Of a stretch of 64,000 bases of DNA, positions 1-11,629 are shown one piece after another. A program made the translations under genes and the position numbers. The notes below the pieces were generated by a model that saw nothing but the letters and a program-made list of their open reading frames with translations, was not told where the DNA came from and searched no databases. The DNA comes from Penicillus capitatus (lineage: Eukaryota; Plantae; Chlorophyta), in assembly GCA_965649825.1 (NCBI GenBank), contig OZ287696.1, forward strand, positions 124,001-188,000, written 5' to 3'. How positions within the stretch are numbered: position 1 is the first letter of the stretch; each line of letters begins with the position of its first letter.

Positions 1-363
1 GTTGTCTTCCGCCAACAGCTTGACTCAACGCGCCGTTGGCTGTAAAAGTGCAAACGTGGTGTTTCTGAACAAGACAGCTGGGACACGGAACGACGCGGTG
101 TTTCTCGCCATTCATTTCGACAAATCAGCAGACGGGTTCATTACATCGAGATGTCTGCTAAATGGTTAGTGTCAAGATCATCGCCTGTGGCAGAAGGACA
201 CAATACAGGCTGTCAAAAGAAAACAAAAATGATTCATTGCCTTGTGGATCCACAAGACTTCTCATCATCAAGAAAAGAAAAAAATCCATGCGCAAAAACA
301 CAACCACTAGCGCACATCCTTCAATTAAGACAGTAGCAATCAGGAAAGCGCTAAACAAGCGGT

Positions 364-934
364 CTAAGCAAGATTCAAGGCCGGAGAATGGTCGGCCGGG
401 TCCTCCACGTCTGGCGCATCGTCGACCGGGTCCTCCACGTCTGGCGCATCGTCGGCCGGGTCCTCCACGTCTGGCGCATCGTCGGCCGGGTCCTCCACGT
501 CTGGCGCATCGTCGACCGGGTCCTCCACGTCTGCATCGTCGGCCGGGTCCTCAACGTCTGCATCGTCGGCCGGGTCCTCAACGTCTGCATCGTCGGCCGG
601 GTCCTCAACGTCTGCATCGTCGGCCGGGTCCTCGACGTCTGGTGCATCGTCGGCCGGGTCCTCAACGTCTGGTGCATCGTCGGCCGGGTCCTCAACGTCT
701 GGTGCATCGTCGGCCGGGTCCTCCTCGTCGATAGCGTCTGGTGTATCGTCAGGTTCGCTCGGCTCCTCCTGTAACAATTCCTTGCGTGGGGTTTCGAGGA
801 TATCTTGCATGGCTACACATGGGTACGATATAGACAAACACAACGGAAGTGTGCGTCTTACGTCGAGCTGAGACGTGGAACAGAGCAAAAGCAGCGAAGA
901 CCAAAAAGATAACCAACTTCTGCCCGCGAGCCAT
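364..934 (-). CDS. Small secreted acidic tandem-repeat protein (173 aa, 2 exons: 934-862, 812-364)
   Basis: ATG at 934 gives signal-peptide-like MARGQKLVIFLVFAAFALFHVSAR. A 49-nt GT-AG intron (861-813) joins in frame to PMQDILETPRKELLQEE..., then (EDPADD[AP/A]DV)n and a TAG stop. TATAAA on the minus strand at 1051-1056. Confidence 0.75.
391..725. repeat. Coding minisatellite, ~11.5 units of 30/27 bp
   Basis: Unit GAGGACCCGGCCGACGATGCACCAGACGTT (minus strand) plus a 27-bp variant lacking CCA. Order along the protein: 3x30, 4x27, 4x30, then a partial unit. Confidence 0.95.
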
Positions 935-1050
935 GACAACTGCTTTTCTTCGAAAAACAAGACAAGGACTTGCAAAAGCGCAGAGATCTTCGAAAACAAG
1001 ATAGGCTACAAAAACGCAAGAAAGTGTTCGAGGCAGAAAACAACCTCGAA

Positions 1051-1056
1051 TTTATA
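1051..1056 (-). promoter_or_regulatory. Candidate TATA box of the acidic-repeat gene
   Basis: TATAAA ~117 nt upstream of the ATG at 934. Confidence 0.45.
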
Positions 1057-4000
1057 CGCCTGAAACGCGAAGCAACACGTGGTCTTCGCTGCCATGTAGC
1101 TGCAAGACGACACTTGTCAGGGAGCTTCGCTGATCCAAATCATCGGTCTGTTCGCGGATTCTGCGGCCAATGTCGCATTTCGTTCCACCCAGCGAAAATT
1201 TCTGTGGTCGATGAGCGAAGCGTTTCGGGCAAAGGTCGCATCTCGTTGTATCTGATCGGCACCTGGTCGATTTTTCGGTCGAGTCGCTTCCTATCACATG
1301 TCGCACGGGTCATGTCACCACGTGGCAGCACTTCGGGTGTCTCCGCCAACCGATTTTGCGTTCGAGGTCTTCACAAGGCACGACGCGATGAAGCATTCAG
1401 CTTACTAAGCGAAAGCGGCAGCAGCAGTTGCAGTCCATGTGTCTGTTTTGTTGTTCAGCGGCCTCGTGTGCTCGCTCTCGGCAAACCTTTGTTGACTTCA
1501 TCCTCGTGACTAAATTGTCTGAGCAGTCGACCAACGCGTGCTTACCGCAACACAGCTGCACGACGAAAGGTCGCTCGGGAAACTCCGTGGACACTAAGAA
1601 AGCCATGCGTGTTCCATTCCCAGCCACTTTAATGGCTCAGACGGGTTTGCTGCTCCTCTCAGAGAACCGTACCTGAAAGACAAGCGTTCTCGCTGCAACG
1701 ACGGGCATGTCGTCTTCGTCGCGCTCTGGCACTCGTCGTCGGCCTCGATTTCTCCCACCTAGCAACCGCAGACGCAGACGTAACGTGCCTTGTTAGGACA
1801 TTAACTTCTGTGGTTGTCGAGGCACGTTTTCAAACCTGTAGGGCGACGTGTAAGACCGCGGCCATCTTTGTGGTCCGTTGTCTACTGCCGTTTGAGGGCG
1901 TTTCGCCCGAGCATGTCGCCCAGCAGCATCTCGATCAAGATTATTTGTTCGCGTCCATGTGAACACCGGATGTTGTGTTTAAAGATCTGCGATTTGCGAG
2001 GTGACTCTTCTCACGATATTACTGACACATTTTTGCATCGACAGACGAATCTACGCGTCGTCGACTGCAAAACGTTTCGTTTTCGGCTAACAGCTGTTCG
2101 CGTCTTGCTCTGTCGCTCTGAAAGCTATCTGCAGTCGATGCTGATACCGAAAACTTAGCTGCGAAGCAGATGAAAGTGGACAAAACGTGCCACCGTTACA
2201 ACCAGCGAACGCAAGACTCGGTGAGGATTTTAAGTACTGGATGGGCCAAGAAGTATCTAGATCCAGTAGAAAGGATATGAATCTCCACATATGATTCAGA
2301 TGATTGTAATAAATCTGCTGACTACGAGATGCATCCGAACCAAAACAACACCGATCGGTGTGACAAGTACTATCCCTTGCCCATCTCAAGGTGCATGCAC
2401 CATCTGTCATGCGAGATGCAGGTAAGGTTAACAACGACACTTGGTCACACATTTCATTTCGATGTCGACGTATTTTGTTACATAAGGCGCTGGAGGACGC
2501 CTGGTCATGAGATGCATTGACTGGTTTGTCGGCAGCTGAGCATGTACAAGGTCTGCAACACGTTTAGAGGGAATACCCACTCAAAAGGAGGATGCGAATT
2601 GCAGACATCTGTTGTCGCATGTGGCTTCAATGATCTGAGCAATCATCTTGTTGTTCATTCTGATAAAGATGGTCTTACAGCTTCTGAAGTCCTGCTTCAA
2701 TGGCTTTGTTGACAGCCATGACAATGAGCTGTTGTTCTGTCGACGACATGAAACCATGCAGCATGACAGCGACCCGTTTGTAGCAGGGGTAATGCATCCC
2801 CTTACCAATTGCTTAAATTGTCAAATGACGTCGACGTACTTGTTCCCGACGTATTCGACCTACATACAAGAAAGTAAAAGATGTGAAGAGTGGATACAAA
2901 ACGATCAACATGAGTGATGTCCCTTTGCCGCGATTCTGCAGTGTATTCGTTCGAGGAGTTGAAGGCTGTCTGCGTGGCGACGGAACGGTCAGTTTTTTAT
3001 TCTTCGCTCAACAAAGGACATCTGTCCTTCACAAAATGCTCGAGTCGACTATCACATAATCGTACAAGACATGCTGGGCAGTTTCACGGACGTTCGTCGG
3101 AATAAAGCCGTATGCGACAAACGTGTGCAGAGTGTGCTGTACCTTACCCTTCTCTTGAAGATAGCGTCCTGACATCTCGCCAAACATAGAGGTGTCGTGC
3201 GTCTTCGGGTTAGGATGCCTAGAAGTTGCTGTTCGAGGGGAGAACTTTGGAAGAACGGTGTTACTCGAGGTTTTCCATAACGCCTTACCTTTTGAACGAT
3301 AAACGCTTCACATTGAAAGCCACATTTTCGCTACGCTTAAGGTGGTGCGAGTCGACGAAGACGGACAAGGATTACAAAACTCCAAATCTGCCTGGCTCGA
3401 TCATTGCCTCTCTGAAAGTCTGTGACGAAGGGCAAGAACATGTCAGCGTACGAAATGCACATGAGCGGATAAGAGTTTGCAAAGAGGCTCGGTAACAGCG
3501 CATGTATCTAATGAAAAGATCCGGTGAAGGACGTGTCTTTAGATGATGTGCTCTTTCAGTTTCCATCGCGCGACGATCGCCGAAGCGAACGATTCGTGGC
3601 TTCTTGTAAATCGACGAAGCGCGCAGTGGACTATTACGACTGCAAAACAGAGAAACGCGACGAGCTCAACACTATAACTGCTTTTGCGTCAGTGTTGAAA
3701 TCTTTTACGTCTTTTTGTGAACTGCCGCGTGTTTGAGGAACGTAAGGAATTCGTTGTCATGCGAAATGATATGTTACAAAGCTCCAGAGTGGCTGTACTT
3801 TACTCTGAACCCGTCTAGGAGAGGACGCGCAGCATACTTACCCGCTAGGTGAAGCTTAAGCTTGGAACCGGTTCTCGATGATACCTGCAATTTCAGGATA
3901 AGAAGCATCACCGTGACGAGGCCGCGGACACGCTAACGTAAAACATGACACATGATGGAGAACGTTTTCCGTGGATGCTTCAATAGAGAGCATGCCGATC

Positions 4001-4351
4001 CCGCAGGCAGTCGGCATTTCTCGAAGCGTTGGAGAAATCAAAGAAATGGCGGAATCGGTTACAGAAGTAAGGAGAAGTTTTAGTGCTGCTTATCGATACA
4101 GACTCATGCTCACAGTGCAAGACGTACACAGATGCACACACGGATGTCATGCTGAACGAAACAGTAATAAACACTTTTCTTGGAACTTGATGCTTAGAAC
4201 GTTGCAAGAACACTTGCTGTTCAGTGAATCAAGTAATGGAAAAAAAGGATGTTCTCCTAGACGATAGGAGCTGTTCAAGGCACATGCGAATGACAAACGT
4301 GCAGTACGAAAGAAAAACAGGTGGCGATCTCGTGCTCTGACCGACTGGCTT

Positions 4352-4967
4352 TCAAGGTCCAACAGTAACATTGGCGACGGCACTGGCACTCGCAACAGCA
4401 TTTTCCGAACTTCTTCGTAGGTCGCCTGTCGAAGACATGAAATGCAGTATGATTGTCAGAGAAGCAACTTACAGTTGACAACTGTTCGATCTAGGACCCA
4501 TATGATGCTCAGGTCGCGGGGACACACGTAACAGATGGCTCGAGGGAATCTCAGACAGCTCCGATTAACACACAGGTCTGGGATGCTTGACACCCGTGCG
4601 ATGCTCTCCTGATCGGCAACTCCTATGAAAAGCATTCGGCGAAGATAGACTCGGCCGTGCGACGTCGCAAGTAACGTTTTCAGAGACGCGTGTCTTCGTC
4701 AGCCGGGCAGCGAAAAACACACTCTATTTGCGACTCCGCGGCTCGAGTTGAGTGCTCGCTCTCCGCGGCGACAGAGATAACGTGGACTAAGGATTTGGTT
4801 CGCTCACCTGTGGCAGTCGCATTTGTCGGCGTCTGGGACTGAGCAGGCTGCGGCTGCGGAGATTGTTCGGTCTGTGCGACGACACTTCCCTCCACGCGTA
4901 TCTCTTGTGCAGTGGCCACCGACGCCAGACAAACAAGAAAGACAAACGCCAAGGCACTCTTCATCAT
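4352..4967 (-). CDS. Small secreted Cys-rich protein, family A copy 1 (127 aa; exons 4967-4808, 4622-4473, 4425-4352)
   Basis: Signal peptide MMKSALAFVFLVCLASVATA, a Q/P/T-rich linker, then SIPDLCVNRSCLRFPRAICYVCPRDLSIIWVLDRTVVNCDL. GT-AG introns (185 and 47 nt) lie at the same positions and phases as in the paralog at 10474-11058. TATAAA at 5034-5039. Confidence 0.8.
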
Positions 4968-5033
4968 TACGAACGCGACGAAGGGACTAAGAGAGACAGA
5001 GGCGAACAAGGCTTCGAGAAAGATGGAGAGTCG

Positions 5034-5039
5034 TTTATA
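5034..5039 (-). promoter_or_regulatory. Candidate TATA box
   Basis: TATAAA ~67 nt upstream of the ATG; matched by a TATA box at a similar position in the paralog. Confidence 0.55.
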
Positions 5040-5578
5040 AAGACGCGGGTTGCCGTGGGTAGAAGCGGCACACGTCGACTTGTCCCCGAAGAGGGAGTTA
5101 ATATGGGCTGTACTATTGCATGGTGACGTGTCTGCGATGTTGAACTCATGGTCGTCAGCTTCGACGCGCCGACCGATTTGAATCAGATTAGAAGAGGAAA
5201 GGAAAAGCCGCGCACGGCACAGAGCAGGTAATCCGCGGACCATTACTCAAGAATCGCGTAAAGTTTACTCATTGTTGCACTGGTCTAAGGCTGACGTGTC
5301 AACTGTCCTCTGCCTATGCGACGCGCAAGGACAAATGCAGATATCGTTTTTCAGGTAGCGGACCATAGCAACTGACTGCCATTCACACAACGCTTGTTTC
5401 AAACAGGCTGTCACTGAGGCATGATGTGCAGACGGATATCGTCGCATGGTTACTGAAAAAGTTAACCTTCACGCTCGTACACCATTCGTTTTCGTCAAAA
5501 CCGATTTGATGCGTTTTGTGCGAGCGAAGGTTGGCAGGAGTGCACAGCGCGTCACGGAAGAGACGTTTCGCTAGTTTT

Positions 5579-8500
5579 CCTTACCTGCAGATATCTCTCT
5601 GGCTTTGTTCAGTTGATTTGGAGAAGTACCATTTCATTGTGGCAGAAGAACCCATCATTAACTTTAGTGCTCGGCCGGTGTCAACGAATCGGCGCAATAC
5701 TTCGGCGAAAAGGGTGATCGCGAATTTGCCTTTGCGTAAATCTTTGCGTTTCTAAAGTCTGCTTTCCATGAGGAAAGATCTCCGATCTCATGCGCTCGTT
5801 TTTTTCTAGAGGGGGTGATTAATAGACAGGTGCGATATGTTGGAGGTGCCCTTCCGCAATGACAGATTCTGCTGCACTCTCCCAACAGCCTTAGCCTTTA
5901 ACGAGGCTGCCCGATCGGTTTCACTCCTTAAATACTCAACAACTTAGTGGGTGTGCCAGAGGCGCATGACCTTATCATCTGCTTGTCTGCTCGTGTAATC
6001 TCTTTCTTTGGGTATTGCGAGGTCTAGCTTTCGAACACGACGCTGCTGGCAGTTCGTCCGACCAGATAGCCAGCGCATTCTCTACCTCGACCGTCTGCGA
6101 CAGTAAAAACACTACCTACCTGACAGAGATGATTGCTCTCGGCACTGTGACAAAGAGACTGCCTTCTTTTTTGTTTGACACAGAGACAACGGTATCTACG
6201 AATCCACTTTGTACTTTTCGCTGCACTTGCGGCTATTCAATGCAGTCTGTGCGTGCTAAACACCACCACAACAGCTCCTCTAGTACACTTCAGAGTTATC
6301 AAAACTGAAACAGAGATTGTTCTGGAGCAACCTCGAATTCCAGCATCCAGGCATCGGAACTTAGAGTCTTGTTGCTGCAACAGATACGAGTTCTTCCTTA
6401 TCGACGATCTGGACTTGGACATCGGGATGGAGTGGATAGCGACATCTTCTCATCCCACATCCGCCACTCGATGCTGACCCACTCCAAGGTGTGCGAGCGT
6501 ACGGATGACAGATCCAGCGCAGACAACTTCAGAAAGGCCAAGAAACGCGATAGGTCAAAGAGACGCACTTGGACTAAACATCGAATTAAAAAACGAAGAA
6601 AGAGAACTAAGCAGGCAGTTCAAAAACAAACACAGAGTTCAAAAAGGTGCCGAGATTGTCGATTGTGTAAAAAAATCCAGATCCCCCTTCTTCTCTCCTG
6701 GCCACTTCAAGTCTCGCCCGTCCCTCCTCGAGGACCTCTGCCTCCTCGTGCGTCTCAGTGTTGCTGGCCACTGTCGTGTCCACTAGAATTCGCATCTTCT
6801 GTGGCATTGGAACGCATCTACAAAGCGCAGTGAGAACAATCTGAGATTTTGTTGAGGTCACGACATTACCTTTTTAGCCTGTCTCGCGTCAGTCCGCTCC
6901 GTTTCATTCTGTTCCAGGGTGTCTGGCGAGATCTTTCTCTTGGAAACGGATGCCGCAATCCGTTTCGATGTTCAACTTGCGATTCTGGTGCGGCGTCTGG
7001 ACCTTCTGCCGGAATCGACGTCCATGGAAGCTTCGACTCTCCTTTCGACTGCAGAAGGTCCCGCTCCAGAGCCCAAAATCTGTGTCGTACGTCCGTGGGG
7101 GTCTGGTGTTGGGCACTGACGGCGACGCGGATCTTCTGGTGTGTCGTACATTCTGCCACCCTCGTCGGCCTTCGCCATCTCGAACTCCATCAGCTCCTCG
7201 AACTGCATCCAGCGTGCCTGCTTCTTGAGCACCATGTCTTCGAGCGGCTGTATGCGTTTTTCACGCTCCTGTAAGTCCGCAGCACGCCTAGACAGAGACC
7301 CAAACAGTCAATGGCACATCAAAAACAGCAGATCCGAATACCTCTCCAGTTTCTCCGATGATCTGTGATGTGTCTCGAGGAGGTCGGCCTTTCTGCACAA
7401 GCACACAGTCTGAGCGTCAAACAATCAAAAACAGTACTCACTCTCTGTCCACTGTTGCATTCCTTCCGTGCGATTTCCTCCAGTTCTGCGCCCGTCGCAC
7501 GGATGACGCGAGCAGTCTCGGCCTCGGTGGCTTCCTTGCTTGCCGCCAGTTCTGTCCTCCGGGTGCCGATGTCTTCTTCGAGGACGAGGAGGAAGTGTTT
7601 CCTCCAATCGGCCTCGGCTCTTTGCACCTCGAGGGGATCGGTGCGTCGAAGGACCCCTCGTTAGAAACCAATTTCTCCTCGCGCCCATCGAGTACGGCGC
7701 GCCTGCAGACACGTCGCTGTCAAGATTTGCCAGCGAGTGCTAAGAGGGCTTACCTTTCCCAGATCCCGCGTTCCTTCTGCAGCAGCGAGGATCCGAGGGC
7801 GCGGATACCCTCTTCTCCTGCATCCAGCTCCTTCTCTTGTCCGTCGCGCAACGCGACGAACTCCGCCTTCTCCTTCGCTAGCCGTTCTTTCCCGGATGCG
7901 AGGTGTCTCTCCCTGTACGCACAGAACCATGACAGGTTATTCGAGGGCATGAACGAATGTACGTCCTGCTCAGGTGATAGGCCTTTTCGGCCAAAGCGTC
8001 GTTGTCCAAGTCGAGTTCTATCTCCGCCTCCTTCAGAGCTCGCTCCCACGCGTCGAGTCTGTTTTTGAACCTAGAGACACCGAATCGCATCCAGCGTTTT
8101 TGAAAGGGCAACGGCGAATACACTTTCGAAGGCTCTCTCGATAGCCCAAGGCGTCGTCGACGTTGCGCTGTTCCTGGGCGGATGCGCGTCCGTCCGGCGC
8201 TGCAGCAAGTGCCCGTCCTGCTTGTGCACGTTCATCGCTTTGCAGTCGACCGTCTTCCATTTTAAAAAACAGAAAACAACAACGCTTCGCAAACAGTTCG
8301 TCGTAAGCGAGAACGCGAGAACTCGAGAATGCGATTCGAGGCTGCGGTTATCGAAGATGACGAGACACGCGGCACGTTCGCGGTTCCGCGCGGCTTGGAA
8401 CCTTCTCGCTGTCCGAAAGAGGCACGTGCCCGTGTAACCGTGTCTATCTCCACAAACAATGGAATCCGCGGCAGCCACTGTTAGTGTTCTCTGCACGTCA

Positions 8501-9600
8501 GATGAAGACTTTCGGTCGGAACAGCATGACAACGGTGCTTACAAGAACGTCTTGTGCACGCTTGCCTCTCGAACGTTAAAAAACTGAAGTGCGAGTTCTG
8601 ACCCCTCTGCAAAATCGTCATCTACAAACGAACGAATTGGTGTAAGGCGAGTTCTGTGTGCATAACAGTATGAACGCCTTCGGGATGTTGAACACAACAG
8701 GCTTTTCAAAGAGAATGGCGGTTCGGGACACATTCCTCAATGAGATCCATGAAAAAAGAACTCTCTGCCTGTTGCAGTATACTAGAGTGATAAGCATTTC
8801 GAAAAAATCTCTCCATAGCGTGGCTGCTCCTCTCGGGGACAGGATCTCCATTTCCCATGACAGATATGGAAATGTCGTCCCGTGTATCGCATTGTTCAAA
8901 CATTTCAAACTTCGTTGGCCATCATTCGGCCTGCTTCTGTGCACATCTTTTCCATAAACGGTTCCCACGAGACCGGTAGCTACAATGCCGGCGACTGTAA
9001 TGACTACTACCATGATTACCATTGACAACACCGGCGGACAAGGAAGACGAAGAATGATGTTGTTCAACCTCCTCTGGAGATGAACGGTCAAGGGATGAGC
9101 AAGTTCTCCTCTGTTGAACGGAAGACATTCTTCCCACACGGGTCACACTTTCGATCATGTGGGTTATTTGGGAATCATTGAACAGGGCTTGATACAATTT
9201 GAGTGTGTACTTGCACTTGCGTTGACAGACAAAGAGTATCTCCTCATTCCTTTGTGCGCACGGTGCACGAGAGCTGAACGTCTCACACATTGGCTGCACC
9301 GTGCTCTGAGAGGTTTTAATCACCTTCGAGAGAAAGGCGACAGTTGTACACGGTCACGTCGTTGCTTTCTTCGATGGTGGATTTTGGACATCTAAGTTTG
9401 CAAGAAGGAGGGTTCTGGCCGGAGGAATGGAAGGCGGTCAAGAGAGAGGGTTCGCAGTGGCCGGTTGATCCAGAAAGATCAACTGTGGTCATGGTCGATG
9501 TCAAGCTATCGAACTTGGAGGCCACTTGTCGTGACGTCTCATCTTTCCATCGAGACATATGAATGCTGTTCATGATGTGACTGGCATTGAGAATGCTGCT
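5579..9600 (+). repeat. Left arm of a ~4-kb inverted segmental duplication (partner 18279-22234)
   Basis: The reverse complement aligns throughout, e.g. ORFs 7358..8068 vs 19771..20475 and 9344..9562 vs 18304..18534. Identity roughly 85-90% by eye. Confidence 0.92.
6859..8260 (-). pseudogene. Multi-exon coiled-coil protein gene, disrupted copy A
   Basis: Spliceable MEDGRLQSDERAQ...RESLRK|RFKNRLDAWERALKEAEIELDLD|RERHLASGKERL... Carries a 1-nt deletion near 7660 and a premature TGA near 6972 relative to copy B. Confidence 0.55.
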
Positions 9601-9615
9601 CGCAGAGAGACGGCT
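9165..9615 (+). pseudogene. NUP107-derived fragment
   Basis: ECVLALALTDKEYLLIPLCARCTRAERLTHWLHRALRGFNH matches the intact gene (ECALALVLEKKEYRLIPLYARHLRAERLTHWLHHALRGFNH near 42400-42520). Confidence 0.85.
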
Positions 9616-10473
9616 CGGAATGAGATGCAAAGAGCGGGAACTTTGTAAAAAGACGTTGTGCCTTTTTGCTTGACACAAGAAAAAAAGATAGCTAGGAATG
9701 CTTCAGTGACCATGAAACTCCAGCTTTTGTGAATGGTCGATTCATGAGGCTCAATTCATAAAAGTCACGCATAGCTTTGCAATAGCACAACAGGAACGAA
9801 TGACAAGCTGCCGACGTGCCGTTTGGCAAGGTTGTTCAGGGAAAACTCAATTTTCCCTCGGAACGAAAGGACTGTCATTGAAAGCATAAAGATCTGATGC
9901 AGCGAATGAAACTAATGGGGCATGAGTGCTCTGAAGTCTCTTGGTTGGCCGAGGTGTTAAGCTCGATTTTTGCAAGAGATTTTGTCGAGATGTTGAAACC
10001 GGTTGCAATATTCTAGCGTCGTCTAGATTCAGAATCGCGTTTGTGTGGAGATACACAAGTCAAAACAGGTAGATAACACTGGAAAGCATGGTCATCCATA
10101 CAACATGCATTTCATTTGAACATCCTGACATGACATCGCTCATAACACCCAGAAAAATGAGACACCCGTCAACGAATCGAAAACTGTCCAACGAAGACCC
10201 ATTGATACGTCACAGCTGAAATACTAAGACAAAAACTTCTTATCCGGCAATCCAGTTGCCGAAGATAAAAAAATAAACAGTCAGACGATGTCGTCACCCC
10301 CAGTCGCATGCAGGCGACTAATGGGCATTATTCAGAAGGATCTATAAGCATAGTGACATCTTTCTCTAACCAACTGACATGTCAGCTTCCAACAGTGGCG
10401 GAGACGGAGGCGGTATCAGTAGAATAAAGGTCCGGTTCTGCCCCACTGGCGCATGTGCGACATGCGCAGATGG

Positions 10474-11058
10474 TTACAAGTCACCTGTCGCAGGAATCAA
10501 ACGTGTGCAGTGGTCGCGAGAGAGAAGTAACTTACAACTAACGACCCTTCGACCGACGATCCAGATGATGGTCGAGTCACGGGGAGACACAAAACAATTT
10601 GCTCGGGGAAACCTGAGACAGCGCTGGCCAGCGCAGCTATCTGGAATGCTCGCCACCTGTGTTGCCGTCGCCTCTGCAGTAGCCACAGAGCCTATGACAA
10701 GAATCTTAGCAAAGTAACAAATGAAGCGTGATGGTGCAAATGTCATCAGCAAAGCAACAAGTTCTCGGCGCGCGTGGACAGCACCAGAAAGTCAAGATAA
10801 AGCAACGCGTTGGCAAGAGGGTGCTGTTTAAGCATGAGTACGTAAGGGCACGTTGCCCCGTGCTGTCGGGCAAAACGACGCCAGCGATTCGGTTTGCTCA
10901 CCTTCGGCAGTGGCAGTGGTAGTTGTCGTCGTGGATATAATTGGTGATGGAGATCCTCCAGCCTGGTCGACTATTACACGTCGCACGACTCGTGGACCCG
11001 CAGTGACCACTGACGTCAGACAAACGAGGAAGATGAACATAACGGCACTTTTCTTCAT
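10474..11058 (-). CDS. Small secreted Cys-rich protein, family A copy 2 (107 aa; exons 11058-10902, 10691-10536, 10484-10474)
   Basis: Signal peptide MKKSAVMFIFLVCLTSVVTA, a Thr-rich linker, then SIPDSCAGQRCLRFPRANCFVSPRDSTIIWIVGRRVVSCDL*. Intron positions are shared with 4352-4967. TATAAA at 11134-11139. Confidence 0.8.
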
Positions 11059-11133
11059 TATGAACGCTGCGGCGCAAGCAGGAGAGAAACGCAGAAAGGA
11101 ACGCGGTGTTCAAAACGCTTGGCAGCCTTGTCC

Positions 11134-11139
11134 TTTATA
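11134..11139 (-). promoter_or_regulatory. Candidate TATA box
   Basis: TATAAA ~76 nt upstream of the ATG at 11058. Confidence 0.55.
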
Positions 11140-11629
11140 AGGGTCCCTATGAGGCTTACGCGAAAAATCGACAATCGCCAAACTGCATGACAACATGCCA
11201 GCTGTTCCCAACTTCGACCAGAAGTTCATGCATACGTGGAAGTGCCGCGGATCTTCCAGGTAGTCAGCTGCCTCGTTGCAAGCGCATTTGAGTCGGATCC
11301 TTCTGAAAACGATGGTCTTGTAACAAACAGCTCCGGAAAATACAATTCCTTAAACGACGTGTGTGCTCGACGCACATTCACCTGCGTCAACAGCGGGTCG
11401 TGCATCGTAGACAAGTGCCTTCAATAACATCCTCTCTACAGAAGAGCAGAGAAAGATGGCGAGCGCATTTTGTTTCTCTGCTCAAATCAAGAGTCGCTTT
11501 ACGAAAAACCAGTCTGAAGTTCACTAGATGCATGGACACATGGGTTCGACACAGACAATGCACATTCTCCAAAATCATTGGCTAAATCGGGGATCCTTGC
11601 TATTGCGAGAAGAACGACAGCAGTGACTC

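Noticed and set aside
391-725. Possible CRISPR array
   Set aside because: The units are contiguous with no unique spacers, the context is eukaryotic, and no cas genes are present.
162-774. Plus-strand (HRRPGPPRLA)n and (WRIVGRVLH)n ORFs over the minisatellite
   Set aside because: A stop-free GC-rich repeat opens several frames. Only the minus-strand frame has a signal peptide, a spliceable intron and a TATA box.
2160-4270. Possible decayed DNA transposase (DVSLDDVLFQFPSR and AVDYYD resemble piggyBac motifs)
   Set aside because: The motifs are ~20 aa apart rather than the much longer spacing in piggyBac. The region has many stops and no TIR or TTAA TSD was found.
11150-11430. YLEDPRHFHVCMNF resembles kinase subdomain IV-V; a small Cys-containing plus-strand ORF overlaps
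   Set aside because: Too short, with no other kinase motifs and no convincing splice model.
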